NCBI GenBank assembly: GCA_947053455.1
Contig: CAMRSV010000001.1
Location: forward strand, 36,937-100,936
Direction: 5' to 3'
DNA length: 64,000 bases
From: an uncultured Alphaproteobacteria bacterium
GTDB lineage: Bacteria > Pseudomonadota > Alphaproteobacteria > Rs-D84
Both the position numbers and the translations under genes were made by a program. The notes beneath the pieces were generated by a model. It was not told where the DNA came from. It made no database searches and saw nothing but the letters and a program-made list of their open reading frames with translations. Positions 39,544 through 49,874 of this stretch are shown here, piece by piece. How positions within the stretch are numbered: the stretch's first letter is position 1; each line of letters opens with the position of its first letter.

Positions 39544-40314
39544 ATGAAAATTTTGACATTAAATATAAATTCAATTCGTGCGCATGCCGAAAGTTTTATC
39601 GATGTACTTAAATCCGGCGTATACGACACAATCCTGGTTCAAGAATTAAAGGTGGAAAATGCGGCATTTCCACACAACCTGTTTGACGATTATGGATATA
39701 ACATCAAGGTGTTCGGGCAAAAAAGTTGGAACGGCGTTGCGGTATTTTCAAAATTTTCAATCGAAGACGTGACACGCGGGCTACCAAACTATGCGGACAC
39801 AAACGCTAGATTTATTGAATGCGTAATAGATGGGCGCGTACGCGTAATATGCGTATACATGCCAAACGGCGATACGGTTCAGTCACCGAAATTTCCATAC
39901 AAACTGGAATGGATGCGCGCGTTCACCGATTACATTTCACAATATACCGCGTCACCGGAACCGGTCGTTATCGCGGGTGACTTTAATGTCGCAATCGAAG
40001 ACCGGGATGTATGGAAACCCGCAAATTATGTCGGCATAGCCATCGCCGCACCCGAGGCGCGCGAAATAATGCGCGGGTGGCTGAACGCCGGCTGGATTGA
40101 CGCATGGCGCACCTTGCATCCAGATACGATTGATTATACATGGTACGGATATCGCGGTGGCGACACAGTTGGCAAGAAAATGGGGTTGCGTCTGGATTAT
40201 TTCCTGTGTAATCCGGCCGCAATGGCGCATATCACATCATGCGAAATAGATATGTCTCCGCGCATGGCGCAAAAGCCCACAGACCACACCGGCCTTGCAT
40301 TAGAAATGGACTAA
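39544..40314 (+). CDS. xth: exodeoxyribonuclease III (EEP family AP endonuclease)
   Basis: MKILTLNINSIRAH start and C-terminal DH..L motifs typical of Xth. Start at 39544. Confidence 0.85.
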   Translation: MKILTLNINSIRAHAESFIDVLKSGVYDTILVQELKVENAAFPHNLFDDYGYNIKVFGQKSWNGVAVFSKFSIEDVTRGLPNYADTNARFIECVIDGRVRVICVYMPNGDTVQSPKFPYKLEWMRAFTDYISQYTASPEPVVIAGDFNVAIEDRDVWKPANYVGIAIAAPEAREIMRGWLNAGWIDAWRTLHPDTIDYTWYGYRGGDTVGKKMGLRLDYFLCNPAAMAHITSCEIDMSPRMAQKPTDHTGLALEMD

Positions 40315-40375
40315 AAACACGCGCCGCACAAAAACAGATTGCGACGTGAAATATTTTCTCATATAATAAAAAATG

Positions 40376-40567
40376 ATATGGGGTGTTCCCATATCGGGGT
40401 GTCAGAGCCTATGTCACGGCGTCCTTTGTTGGACGATAAATCTCCTGCCGGTCGGCAGGAGGGTTGATGTTATATATTGAAGACATCACACAATTTCCGT
40501 GAAATTGCTCTGAACCTCCTGCCACTCTAATAGAGTGGTTTTATTTTGATACGAGGGGTGAGTAAAA
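40376..40567 (+). promoter_or_regulatory. conserved structured 5' leader, copy 4 (compensatory-variant copy)
   Basis: GGGGTGTCAGAGCC box. The hairpin is CTCCTGCC-GGTC-GGCAGGAG instead of CCAACC/GGTTGG. The downstream segment GAACCTCCTGCCACT-CTAATAG-AGTGGTTTT carries the matching change. Confidence 0.7.
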
Positions 40568-41767
40568 ATGAAATTCAAAAAAATATCATATGCACTTGTT
40601 GCAATTATATGTACCATTGACGCATATGGCAAGGATATGCCTTCAAATATAAAAGAAGCATGGGGCAGCCCTACACTAATTTCTGAATCTTGGAGTCGCG
40701 GCAAAGGCCACGACAGCAGCACAAACATGCCAGACCAGACATTCTGGATGAGTAAAAAGGTTCGCGCCGATAACGCAAACGACGAAGCGATTGTAATTGT
40801 ATACATGGCGCGCCAAGTTGTAGAACACGGTGGATACTTTTGCGCGACGCAACTGCGTTCACGAAACAGCGGAAAATCCGGATGCCCGAACATTTGGACC
40901 CAATATCAAAATCCAACCGGCGATTTTGAACGCACATGCTTTTGGTTATGCGAACCGGGATACACCGGCGAAAATTGTGTCAGTGGTAAGGCAAAATCCG
41001 CAGACGCATGCAAATACACAAATTTATCCGCGGCCACACTATTAAAAGATATAGGGTTTCAACAAATGGGTGGCTATGACACCGCAACGGTGGAAAGCGC
41101 CATACATGATGCCGGCGCACGATTTTTTTATAGCAATACAACTCGCAAATCCGACGAATCTGATGTCATCCTTTTGGCAAAAGAATATCTTGAAAACGGC
41201 CACGGAATTGTTGCATCACCCGCAACATTTTCCGCGCACGGTGGCATGTGGAATGCAGAGAATTATTCCGATGAATGGCTGGATTGCAAATATGGCGATT
41301 CTAATTTAACCGTGACCGCTAATGGCGGCGGGTACACAACAAAAAAACTGTGCATGCCGGGATTTGACGGCGAAGATTGCACAACGACATATTGCAAAAC
41401 ATGCGACGATACGCTTGCCAAATACAATGATAAAACAGGTTCCTGCAGTGACTGTATTGAAAACCATATCCGCAACAAAGAAGGCAAATGCGAAAAGTGC
41501 CCGGCCGGAACAACTGCGGTACAGGATAAAAAAATCTGCCTAGAGTGCAAGAAAACCGAATATGTAAAGGATGGCGAATGTGTGCCACGTGATGTAATTG
41601 AAAAAAGCGTGCTTTATAACTGCTATCCGAATGAAAACGCAAATGATTTCAAGGCATGTGTATCAAGTACATGTACAAATGACGCAAAGGTAAAATGTGT
41701 AACCGCGCAAAAACAAATTGGCACCAAAAAATGCACCGGCGGTAAATGGGGTACATGCACAAAATAA
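40568..41767 (+). CDS. secreted cysteine-rich protein with EGF-like repeats (399 aa)
   Basis: Signal peptide present. Canonical EGF-like motifs CFWLCEPGYTGENC and CMPGFDGEDC, followed by a long C-x2-C-rich tail. Confidence 0.7.
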   Translation: MKFKKISYALVAIICTIDAYGKDMPSNIKEAWGSPTLISESWSRGKGHDSSTNMPDQTFWMSKKVRADNANDEAIVIVYMARQVVEHGGYFCATQLRSRNSGKSGCPNIWTQYQNPTGDFERTCFWLCEPGYTGENCVSGKAKSADACKYTNLSAATLLKDIGFQQMGGYDTATVESAIHDAGARFFYSNTTRKSDESDVILLAKEYLENGHGIVASPATFSAHGGMWNAENYSDEWLDCKYGDSNLTVTANGGGYTTKKLCMPGFDGEDCTTTYCKTCDDTLAKYNDKTGSCSDCIENHIRNKEGKCEKCPAGTTAVQDKKICLECKKTEYVKDGECVPRDVIEKSVLYNCYPNENANDFKACVSSTCTNDAKVKCVTAQKQIGTKKCTGGKWGTCTK

Positions 41768-41774
41768 TGGCAAA

Positions 41775-44279
41775 TTAATCCGCAATACGTGCTAAATCGT
41801 CGTATGCGCGGTATTTTGCATCCGTCGTCGCGCGGTATTCATATGGCGCGGTGCCTGCTGAATACATGTTAAAAAGTGCCGCCACCTTATCCACTGCTGC
41901 ACGCATCATCTGCGCGGTTGTCACCGCATCATATTTAATGGCACGCGCATCATTTGCGCGCAGTTGCAAAAATGTCATGACGGGTGTTGCCGGTGCGGTG
42001 ACATCCGAAAATCCGCCCGATTGCAGTATATACGCCTCAAGCGGTAATTGCGGCATGTTTCCGTCCATCAATTGTTTTGCCGACGGTGCGGCTCCTGTTT
42101 TTATATCCAGTACGCCCGCCGACCACACCAAATCGGCACGCGCACGAACGCGCCTGCCGGCAATATCGACCGCGCCGTCAATTTCTGAAAACGCGCCCGG
42201 CAATGCGTTCAACTCATTTGAAATAACCGGGGCAATTTCCAAAAAGCGTCGGTGCCAGAAATGAAACAGCACATTGTCCGCGCCCAATATTTCGACCGCG
42301 CGCCTATCCATGTCCGCGACAAGCGCCGCGGGCGCAAAATTACGTGCATCACTCACCGCATAATGAACCAAATTTCCAAACATGCGCGCATCAACCCCCA
42401 TCCAGTAATCGTCAATCGGCCGCAGCCGCAGGATATGACGCACGTAAAACGCATACGGATTATGTATCAATAATTCCAGTTCAGTTACAAAAACATCCGA
42501 CCAGTCCGCCGGTGGGCACGGCGCTGAATAATCCAACGGGCATGGCGACACATTATCGCGCGTGCGCACTGCGCCCAATATATCTGATGCAATGGCATCA
42601 TTGATATCCGCACCACGCACCACGCACCGCGACAAAAATCTGGATTCGGTCGTGGTGGCGCCACCGGCCGTTCTGCTACGCGTCCAGTACACATCCGCCC
42701 CACATGACAGGTTCATAAAGTCCAGTGACATTAATGACACTTTTCTATCAGCGGGCGGTAACCCTATCTTTTCCGCAAGCGCACGCGGCAACCATGAATT
42801 TTCATATCCACGCGCCGGAAACATACCGTCGTTAAGCCCGGTCAAAATCACGACATCGGCGGTTTGCATTCTAGATTCAATTGTACCCAAAACAGTTATG
42901 GCAGCGCAATCTGGCATTATGCCACGCACCGACACAGTAGACAGCGCGTCGCTTACAAATGCGCGCGCATCTGCCACAGAAAGTTTCAAGCCCACGCGTC
43001 CCACACAATCAGACAAATTTTTTATTGCCATAAAAACAGCCATCGATGACGCATCATCCAATAAAAACTGCGGCGCAAATTCATATAACTTTTCATCGAC
43101 CGTGCGGGCAATTATTTCAAACAAATCACCACCGCATGCAGCGTATAATTTTTCAAACGCGCCGTCATCCTTTTCAATCCACGCATCAAACATGTTAAGT
43201 ATCGCACGCCCCGCCGCCGTCATTGCGCCCGGCACGCCGCCAGAAAAATCGGCCGACAGTCCACGCGCCGCAAACGCGGTTGCAATACGCTGATTTGCGG
43301 CGGCATCGGGGGTTATTATTAAAACACTTTTGCCCGCATCCGCCGCACGTGATGCAATCTCTGCAACGGCAAGGGCTTCTTCTGACTCACGCGCGCATTC
43401 AATCAAACGACAATTTGAAAGTCCATATTGCCCACAATCGGTGCCGTCATTTCCAAATGCCACATTCATAAAGTCAATTGCAGACGGGCCAACATCAATC
43501 TGGATGACATCTGACGGCGACACGCCAACGCGTCGTAAAAACTTATATTCGCAATGATATGGATTTGTCGGCAGTTCAAAATCAGACGTGCGCCCGGAAA
43601 TTTTCCCCGGCAATATAATGCGGCCATTGGGCGCACTTGCCACGGCCGCCATCAAATCGGCCGTTGCAGGGACACTGGCGGTGGACGCGCACACAACAAC
43701 CAGTTCATATTCACCGATATAATCTATCCATGCACGTATCGTGCGATTACGCACAGCAGTTGTTGTTGGCCGCCCCCCGCGATACGCCGGCATTGCCGTT
43801 GACAATATGTTTAAAATTGCTGCTTTATGCTGAAAATGTGCGGCATATTTTTCATCAACCAATGTCGCCCAATCTATGGATGAAATATCAATCCCTTCAT
43901 TTTCCAGATATGACGACATACGCACCAAATCACGTGCAATCGGCAAAGCCGTAGACAGGTTTCCAATATCTGCATCCGCCGCAAGAAGCCCAGACAGAGC
44001 CGCAACCTGCTCTGTATCGGAAACGGCGTCGGATGCGTCAAAATCATCATCGGGGTCAAATTCATCTGCGCCCTCGCCTAGCGCCACAAGACGCGGCAGC
44101 ATGCATGCACCGCCGGCGCGTGCCACAATTGCCCGTTCCACGGTACGCACGGCGCGACGGCTGGGTAAAAATATCAAAACATGGGATAAATCAACCCCCG
44201 ATGCGTCCAGCACTCCGATTAATGCATCCGTCATTCGCGCCGGATTTGTCACACAAAAAATGTTTTTATTTGATACCAA
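41775..44279 (-). CDS. addB: double-strand break repair protein AddB (alphaproteobacterial type)
   Basis: 834 aa with a C-terminal PD-(D/E)xK nuclease motif (LDIKTG) and an inactivated helicase-like N-terminal region. Confidence 0.7.
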   Translation of the reverse strand: MVSNKNIFCVTNPARMTDALIGVLDASGVDLSHVLIFLPSRRAVRTVERAIVARAGGACMLPRLVALGEGADEFDPDDDFDASDAVSDTEQVAALSGLLAADADIGNLSTALPIARDLVRMSSYLENEGIDISSIDWATLVDEKYAAHFQHKAAILNILSTAMPAYRGGRPTTTAVRNRTIRAWIDYIGEYELVVVCASTASVPATADLMAAVASAPNGRIILPGKISGRTSDFELPTNPYHCEYKFLRRVGVSPSDVIQIDVGPSAIDFMNVAFGNDGTDCGQYGLSNCRLIECARESEEALAVAEIASRAADAGKSVLIITPDAAANQRIATAFAARGLSADFSGGVPGAMTAAGRAILNMFDAWIEKDDGAFEKLYAACGGDLFEIIARTVDEKLYEFAPQFLLDDASSMAVFMAIKNLSDCVGRVGLKLSVADARAFVSDALSTVSVRGIMPDCAAITVLGTIESRMQTADVVILTGLNDGMFPARGYENSWLPRALAEKIGLPPADRKVSLMSLDFMNLSCGADVYWTRSRTAGGATTTESRFLSRCVVRGADINDAIASDILGAVRTRDNVSPCPLDYSAPCPPADWSDVFVTELELLIHNPYAFYVRHILRLRPIDDYWMGVDARMFGNLVHYAVSDARNFAPAALVADMDRRAVEILGADNVLFHFWHRRFLEIAPVISNELNALPGAFSEIDGAVDIAGRRVRARADLVWSAGVLDIKTGAAPSAKQLMDGNMPQLPLEAYILQSGGFSDVTAPATPVMTFLQLRANDARAIKYDAVTTAQMMRAAVDKVAALFNMYSAGTAPYEYRATTDAKYRAYDDLARIAD

Positions 44280-44820
44280 TCACAGCCCTTAATTTATCAA
44301 GACCCGTTTTCTTTTCCGCAGATGTTTCCAAAATTTCAGCCACCATTGCACCGTGCGAATCATGAGATAATTTTAGTTGCTCGGCCTCTCGCACTTTTTT
44401 ATCTTTCTTTGTATACACGATTTGATACGGCACGGCATGCGCATCGCAAAAATCCATCAGTTCCAAATCCGCATTACGCGGCCCGATGCGTGAATCAATT
44501 AAAATAAACAAACGTCTCAATTGGCGCCGCGATAACAGATATTCCTCTAGCCGCTCCAGCCAGCGCAACGCATCTGTTTTAGATACACGCGCATATCCAT
44601 AACCCGGCAAATCAACAATCATTACGCGGTCATCTACATTGAATAAATTTAGCGACTGCGTGCGCCCCGGCGTGTTTGATGTACGCGCCACCGGCGCACC
44701 AAGCACCGCATTTATTAACGAGGATTTGCCCACATTACTGCGCCCAACAAAGGCGTATTCTGAAAACAGTGTATTCGGTAAATCTGCCACCCGTTCAAAA
44801 CTGCCAACAAATTTTATCAT
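44266..44820 (-). CDS. engB: ribosome biogenesis GTP-binding protein YihA/EngB
   Basis: G1 motif GRSNVGKSSLIN and DLPGYG. Confidence 0.88.
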   Translation of the reverse strand: MIKFVGSFERVADLPNTLFSEYAFVGRSNVGKSSLINAVLGAPVARTSNTPGRTQSLNLFNVDDRVMIVDLPGYGYARVSKTDALRWLERLEEYLLSRRQLRRLFILIDSRIGPRNADLELMDFCDAHAVPYQIVYTKKDKKVREAEQLKLSHDSHGAMVAEILETSAEKKTGLDKLRAVIGIK

Positions 44821-45614
44821 TCGTCCCCCTTTTCCAACAGGCGCTTGTAAGCTTCTTTCTTTGAAATTCCGGTTCGCGCGGCCAAGTCTGCCGCCGCCGA
44901 TTTTGTGGATGCGTTTGACACGACATCATTCACGATTTCTGATATCTGTGCGTCCGTCATAACGCGATCGGGGGCCGGCGCGACAACAATCACGATTTCA
45001 CCACGCGGCGGCGTTATGTTCACCAAATCCGCCGGATATCCGATTATGCATTCCTCGTGCAACTTGGTTATTTCACGAACTATTGCAATCTGGCGTTCCG
45101 GCATAACGCGAGCCATGGCGGCAACAGTCGCCATGATGCGGTTCGGACTTTCATAGTAAATTATGGTGTGGCGTATTTTATTGTCGGCGGATAATTTCTT
45201 TTCATCAAAAAATCCGCAAAATGTGAATCTGTCGGTTGGAAATCCCGACAACACCAACGCAGAAATCGCCGCCGTGGGTCCTGGTACGACAAACACCGGC
45301 AACCCGGCTGCACGCGCAGCTCGCACCAGACGAAAGCCCGGGTCACTGATGCCGGGCATGCCGGCATCGGACACGGCTGCCACCGCCGCGCCAGACGCAA
45401 TCTTTTCAATAATTTCAGGAACCGCGTCACGTTCATTATGCTCGTGACAGGAAACACGTGGTGTCTTTATATCAAAATGCGTGGCCAGCTTGCCAAAAAC
45501 CCGCGTATCTTCGGCCGCGATTAAATCCGCGCCACGCAATACGTCAATCGCACGCGGCGACATATCGGATAAGTTTCCAATTGGTGTTCCGACAATATAA
45601 AGCCCTGTTTGCAT
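44817..45614 (-). CDS. rsmI: 16S rRNA (cytidine1402-2'-O)-methyltransferase RsmI
   Basis: LYIVGTPIGNLSDMSPRA..AEDTR signature. Start MQTGLYIV at 45614. Confidence 0.88.
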   Translation of the reverse strand: MQTGLYIVGTPIGNLSDMSPRAIDVLRGADLIAAEDTRVFGKLATHFDIKTPRVSCHEHNERDAVPEIIEKIASGAAVAAVSDAGMPGISDPGFRLVRAARAAGLPVFVVPGPTAAISALVLSGFPTDRFTFCGFFDEKKLSADNKIRHTIIYYESPNRIMATVAAMARVMPERQIAIVREITKLHEECIIGYPADLVNITPPRGEIVIVVAPAPDRVMTDAQISEIVNDVVSNASTKSAAADLAARTGISKKEAYKRLLEKGDE

Positions 45615-45635
45615 TCGTAATCCTTTTGTAGTAAA

Positions 45636-47261
45636 ATGATACAAAATAAAATGGATTTTGCAATGTATATGAACAGATTTTTGATTTTTGGTGCTTTTGG
45701 GGCGATACTGGCGGGGTGTGCACAAAATTCGCAAAAACGTGACTGGTTTTCCGAATACGGTGAAATTCCGACCGGCACACCGGTTCAGATGCAATACGGC
45801 ACAACGCCCACATCTGCGGTAGATGTTGATACCCCACGACGCATGGCGGTAATGCTGCCATTATCAGGCGACGCGGCCACTGCGGGCAACGCGATACAAT
45901 CGGCAATAGAAATCGCCGTACTACAGAACGCGCCAAAAAACCTGTCTGTTTCGTTTTATGACACGGCGATTGATGCACCACGACAAATCGCGACCGCATT
46001 GGCGACAAATCCCGAAATAATTATCGGGCCGCTGTTCGCGCGCGATGCCAACATGGTTCGCACACAAAAGGGAATGGAAACCCCAGTTTTATCCTTTACA
46101 TCAGACGCGACCGCGGTGGGTGGCGGCGTTATGACAATGGCACTTATGCCCACCAATAGTGTCGAGGCAATTATCAACGAAATGGCTGCGGATCGCGTTG
46201 ATAATTTCATAATAATTTCCCCAGACAATGAATCAGGGCGACTAATGGCGGGTGTCGCGACACAGGCTGCAAAATTACAACAGATTAAGATAAGTGGCAT
46301 ATTCTACTATACGGAAAATGATACGGAATCTATAAAAAATGCGACGATTGATGCAACCATGAATAAGGCACGAACCGCCGCCAACACCCGTGCACGCGAA
46401 ATACTGTCGGACATACTGACAACGGAACGGCTAACAGCGATTGAAAAATCCGATTTGACTATGCAATTGGAAAAAATATCAAAGACCGACACAATCGGCA
46501 ATCTGCCCTATAATGCGGTTCTGTTTTTGGGGTCGGGCGACGACACAAAAAGTCTGGCATCCTTTATGCGCTATTACGGGTTGGGCGCGCGCGACGCACG
46601 TTTCTATGGAACGGCCGTATGGGATGGTGCGGACATAATGTACGACCTTACTATGTCTGGGGCTAAATTTGCGACATTACCGGTGGCAGATGCAGAATTT
46701 TCATTACTTTATGAACAGGTAACGGGCGCGCAACCGTCCAGACTTGCCACATTTGGGTTTGATGCCGCACGCATGGCAATAGGCATGATAAATTCCGAAA
46801 AATCCAATGCGGCATACCTGCTGGATCCGAGTGGATACATTGGCACAGATGGGCTGTTGCGACTGCGCCCCAATGGTGAAAATGAACGCGCATTGCGCAT
46901 AGTGCAATTAAACGGAACGGCCACACCACGTGAAATAAAACCAGCACCGCAAAATTTCATGAGCCCGATTTATAACATTGAACAGCGTCATATCTCGGCC
47001 GCGGACGCAATGGAATTGGAAACACCGGGGATTAACCCTATGGACTATATCAAAATACCAGACCGTTTGCGTGACAGATATAATGAGGAAACATACGGAA
47101 TGCATTTGACAGTTACACCGATTGAGGCCAACACAATTGACAATGTTGTAACCATACTGCCCGAAGACGACAGCGACGTAATTGTCACGCCGGATTTTCA
47201 ACCCGTAAATTTGGAATCGGTAAACCGAAAATATATAGAAGATGTTGAAATAACCGAATAA
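45636..47261 (+). CDS. LpoA-like periplasmic lipoprotein (penicillin-binding protein activator-like, PBP1 fold)
   Basis: Lipoprotein signal (ILAGC), a type-1 periplasmic-binding-like body, and divergent rsmI synteny as with E. coli yraL/yraM. Confidence 0.55.
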   Translation: MIQNKMDFAMYMNRFLIFGAFGAILAGCAQNSQKRDWFSEYGEIPTGTPVQMQYGTTPTSAVDVDTPRRMAVMLPLSGDAATAGNAIQSAIEIAVLQNAPKNLSVSFYDTAIDAPRQIATALATNPEIIIGPLFARDANMVRTQKGMETPVLSFTSDATAVGGGVMTMALMPTNSVEAIINEMAADRVDNFIIISPDNESGRLMAGVATQAAKLQQIKISGIFYYTENDTESIKNATIDATMNKARTAANTRAREILSDILTTERLTAIEKSDLTMQLEKISKTDTIGNLPYNAVLFLGSGDDTKSLASFMRYYGLGARDARFYGTAVWDGADIMYDLTMSGAKFATLPVADAEFSLLYEQVTGAQPSRLATFGFDAARMAIGMINSEKSNAAYLLDPSGYIGTDGLLRLRPNGENERALRIVQLNGTATPREIKPAPQNFMSPIYNIEQRHISAADAMELETPGINPMDYIKIPDRLRDRYNEETYGMHLTVTPIEANTIDNVVTILPEDDSDVIVTPDFQPVNLESVNRKYIEDVEITE

Positions 47262-47287
47262 AAAACCGGCATATGCCGGTTTTTTTA
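47261..47287. terminator. bidirectional terminator (ACCGGCATATGCCGGT)
   Basis: AAAAAACCGGCATATGCCGGTTTTTTT. Confidence 0.8.
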
Positions 47288-47307
47288 TTGTTTTTATCAG
47301 TCTTACA

Positions 47308-47889
47308 TTAGCGAATTTTGCCGCCATAGCATTTTTCCAAAAAAGCCTTATTTGCACGTTCCTGCTCTTTTGTAAATTCATCTGCCAAGCGTAATAATTC
47401 ATATCGCGACGACACCACATCTACAACTTCATATAGCCAATGTTCCTTCTGTGCGTCTAAATCATAATCTGTTCGCTCGTTTTGCTTGTCCAGCAGTACA
47501 CGCATTTTTATACGATCCTGTTTTTCCAATTCGGCAACAACAGAATCCAACCATTCCTGCGCAGGCGAAATCGCCGGCTGAAAATAATTATAGATATTCG
47601 CGCGGTAATTGCGGCGTTCAACACAGCGCCAGCCGCCCTGTACGCGCGATTTTATCTTTGATTTTTTGACCTTGCACTCTTTTACGTCTGTTTTAAAATC
47701 TTTCTTTTGCAAAAGCGGTATTTCATTTGGTCGTGGCGTTGCATGCACCTTCTTTACCGCAGCCACGTTACGCGATACTGCTTTCGGATTTTTTGAATTC
47801 AAAACAGAGCCATGCACATCAAAGAAAAAATGCGTCGGCTTAAATTTATATTTATTTTTCATTATATTTTCTTTTTTTAACACTTTCAT
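47308..47889 (-). CDS. hypothetical basic protein (193 aa)
   Basis: ORF with Lys-rich N-terminus; no recognised family. Confidence 0.45.
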   Translation of the reverse strand: MKVLKKENIMKNKYKFKPTHFFFDVHGSVLNSKNPKAVSRNVAAVKKVHATPRPNEIPLLQKKDFKTDVKECKVKKSKIKSRVQGGWRCVERRNYRANIYNYFQPAISPAQEWLDSVVAELEKQDRIKMRVLLDKQNERTDYDLDAQKEHWLYEVVDVVSSRYELLRLADEFTKEQERANKAFLEKCYGGKIR

Positions 47890-47962
47890 AAAATCTCCTT
47901 ATGGGGTTGCAATAATATACAAAAGAACAAAAACATTCAACAAAAAAATTTTTGGTCAAAAA

Positions 47963-49261
47963 TTATTTTCCAAGACACAACTGGGAAAAAGTAGCATCCA
48001 TAACCTCGGCCGCGGTGATTGTCCCCAAAATCTTGCCAATGGCGTCGGATGCACGGCGCGTGTGTTCGGCAAAAATATCATAATCGTCCCGGGGTGACAA
48101 TACGGCTGATTTCAATTCATCAGCCGCCATCTCCAGCAGGCCACGCGTACGCACATTTATGGCAAGCGCACCATCTGCCCCATCCAACATTTCATGCATC
48201 CGATCCGCTATCGCGCATAATAAATCATCAATTCCCGCACCAGTTTTAGCGGAAACGTAAACGGCGCCTGGAATATTGTTTTCCGAAATTAAATCCGATT
48301 TATTAATAACCAGCATTTCATTCGTACCAACGCACACATCAACATTTTCATCATAAACACGCAATACCAAATCCGCGTTTTCAATCTCGTCATGCGTTTT
48401 TTCAATCCCTATTTTCTCAATCGCATCCGACGCGTCATCACGCAGACCGGCCGTATCCGAAATATTTACCATGAATCCGTCAATATCAATTGTGGCACCA
48501 ACAACGTCGCGCGTGGTCCCAGGCGTGTCCGACACAATTGCGCGATTTGCACCGACAATGCGATTAAATATTGATGATTTTCCCACATTTGGCCGCCCCG
48601 CAAGCGTTATATTAAAACCGCCGCGCACCGCACGAACCGCCGCATAGCGCGACAATGCCGTATTTATTTCATCACACAGCGCGGATGCGGCGACGCGAAT
48701 TTTTTCACCAATATTTGCCGGTAATTCATCGTCCGCATAGTCAGTCATCGCGGCCGCGTATGCCGAAATTTCAATCATACGGGCACGCCATGCATCATAA
48801 ATTTTTGCGTCCCCACCCATCATTGAACGCAGTGCGGATTTTCGTTGCGCATCAGTTTTGGCATCCAACAATGCCGCCAAACCGTCAACATCCGTCAAAT
48901 CCATTTTATCATTGTAAAACGCGCGACGGGAAAATTCACCTGGCACGGCCATACGGGAGCCGCGTGCGCGTAAATCATCAAATATCTTTTCAATTACGGC
49001 CGCCGCACCGTGACAATGAATTTCAATTACATCTTCGCCGGTAAATGAATTTGGTGCCGAAAAATAAAGCATCAACACCTGGTCTATTACATCACCATGC
49101 ACATCGCGCAAATTTGCAAGATATGCGTGGCGTGCCCCTATTGATGCACGGCCGGTCATAGATAAAAACGCATCACGCAAATTGTCACCCGACACGCGGA
49201 TAACTGCAACCCCGGATTTACCATGGCCGCTGCTTAATGCAAAAATGGTGTCCGCATTCAT
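47963..49261 (-). CDS. mnmE: tRNA modification GTPase MnmE
   Basis: N-terminus MNADTIFALSSGHGKSGVAVIRVSG, a G-domain, and the C-terminal C(I/L)GK motif. Confidence 0.92.
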   Translation of the reverse strand: MNADTIFALSSGHGKSGVAVIRVSGDNLRDAFLSMTGRASIGARHAYLANLRDVHGDVIDQVLMLYFSAPNSFTGEDVIEIHCHGAAAVIEKIFDDLRARGSRMAVPGEFSRRAFYNDKMDLTDVDGLAALLDAKTDAQRKSALRSMMGGDAKIYDAWRARMIEISAYAAAMTDYADDELPANIGEKIRVAASALCDEINTALSRYAAVRAVRGGFNITLAGRPNVGKSSIFNRIVGANRAIVSDTPGTTRDVVGATIDIDGFMVNISDTAGLRDDASDAIEKIGIEKTHDEIENADLVLRVYDENVDVCVGTNEMLVINKSDLISENNIPGAVYVSAKTGAGIDDLLCAIADRMHEMLDGADGALAINVRTRGLLEMAADELKSAVLSPRDDYDIFAEHTRRASDAIGKILGTITAAEVMDATFSQLCLGK

Positions 49262-49824
49262 TTTGATATTTCCTTTAGCGCGCGCGGCACCAGTGCCGCA
49301 ACATCCATCCCCGGATTTTCCGATACCAATTTTTGCGCCATATCAACAACATCTATGCGCCGGTACCCCAACGCCTCTAACGCAGATAGCAAATCCGGCA
49401 ACGCGCCGCCGGGCGCCTCCATTACATCAAATGACGCGCCACCAACCTTGGACTTTAATTCCAAAATTATTTTTTCTGCGACCTTTTTCCCGACACCGGG
49501 CGCCGTCGCAATTGTTTTTGCGTCACCAGTTGCAATCGCAGACATTAACGTTTCGACCTTTATCGTAGATAGAATTGCCATTGCAACTTTGGGGCCGACC
49601 CCAGAAACGCCGGTCAACTGATTAAACAAATTCTGTGCACCAAGCGATGAAAAGCCGAACAAACGAATGGAATCTTCACGAACGACGGTTTCAATCCACA
49701 ATGTCACGGCCGCCCCCGGCGTCAGATATTCAGGGGTAAAAACCTTGTACCCCACAGGTCCCGCCATAACAATTGCGTAACCATCACCTAAAAAATCAAC
49801 AATGCCTTGCAATTTGCCAATCAT
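49258..49824 (-). CDS. ruvA: Holliday junction branch migration protein RuvA
   Basis: MIGKLQG... start, two HhH motifs, 188 aa. Confidence 0.9.
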   Translation of the reverse strand: MIGKLQGIVDFLGDGYAIVMAGPVGYKVFTPEYLTPGAAVTLWIETVVREDSIRLFGFSSLGAQNLFNQLTGVSGVGPKVAMAILSTIKVETLMSAIATGDAKTIATAPGVGKKVAEKIILELKSKVGGASFDVMEAPGGALPDLLSALEALGYRRIDVVDMAQKLVSENPGMDVAALVPRALKEISK

Positions 49825-49874
49825 TTGCTATCCTTTTGGGGTAATTGTAAACTAATAAAATTAAAAGGTCAAAT

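Noticed and set aside
42562-43293. 243-aa + strand ORF
   Set aside because: Antisense to addB. Ser/Ala-rich low-complexity with no start context.
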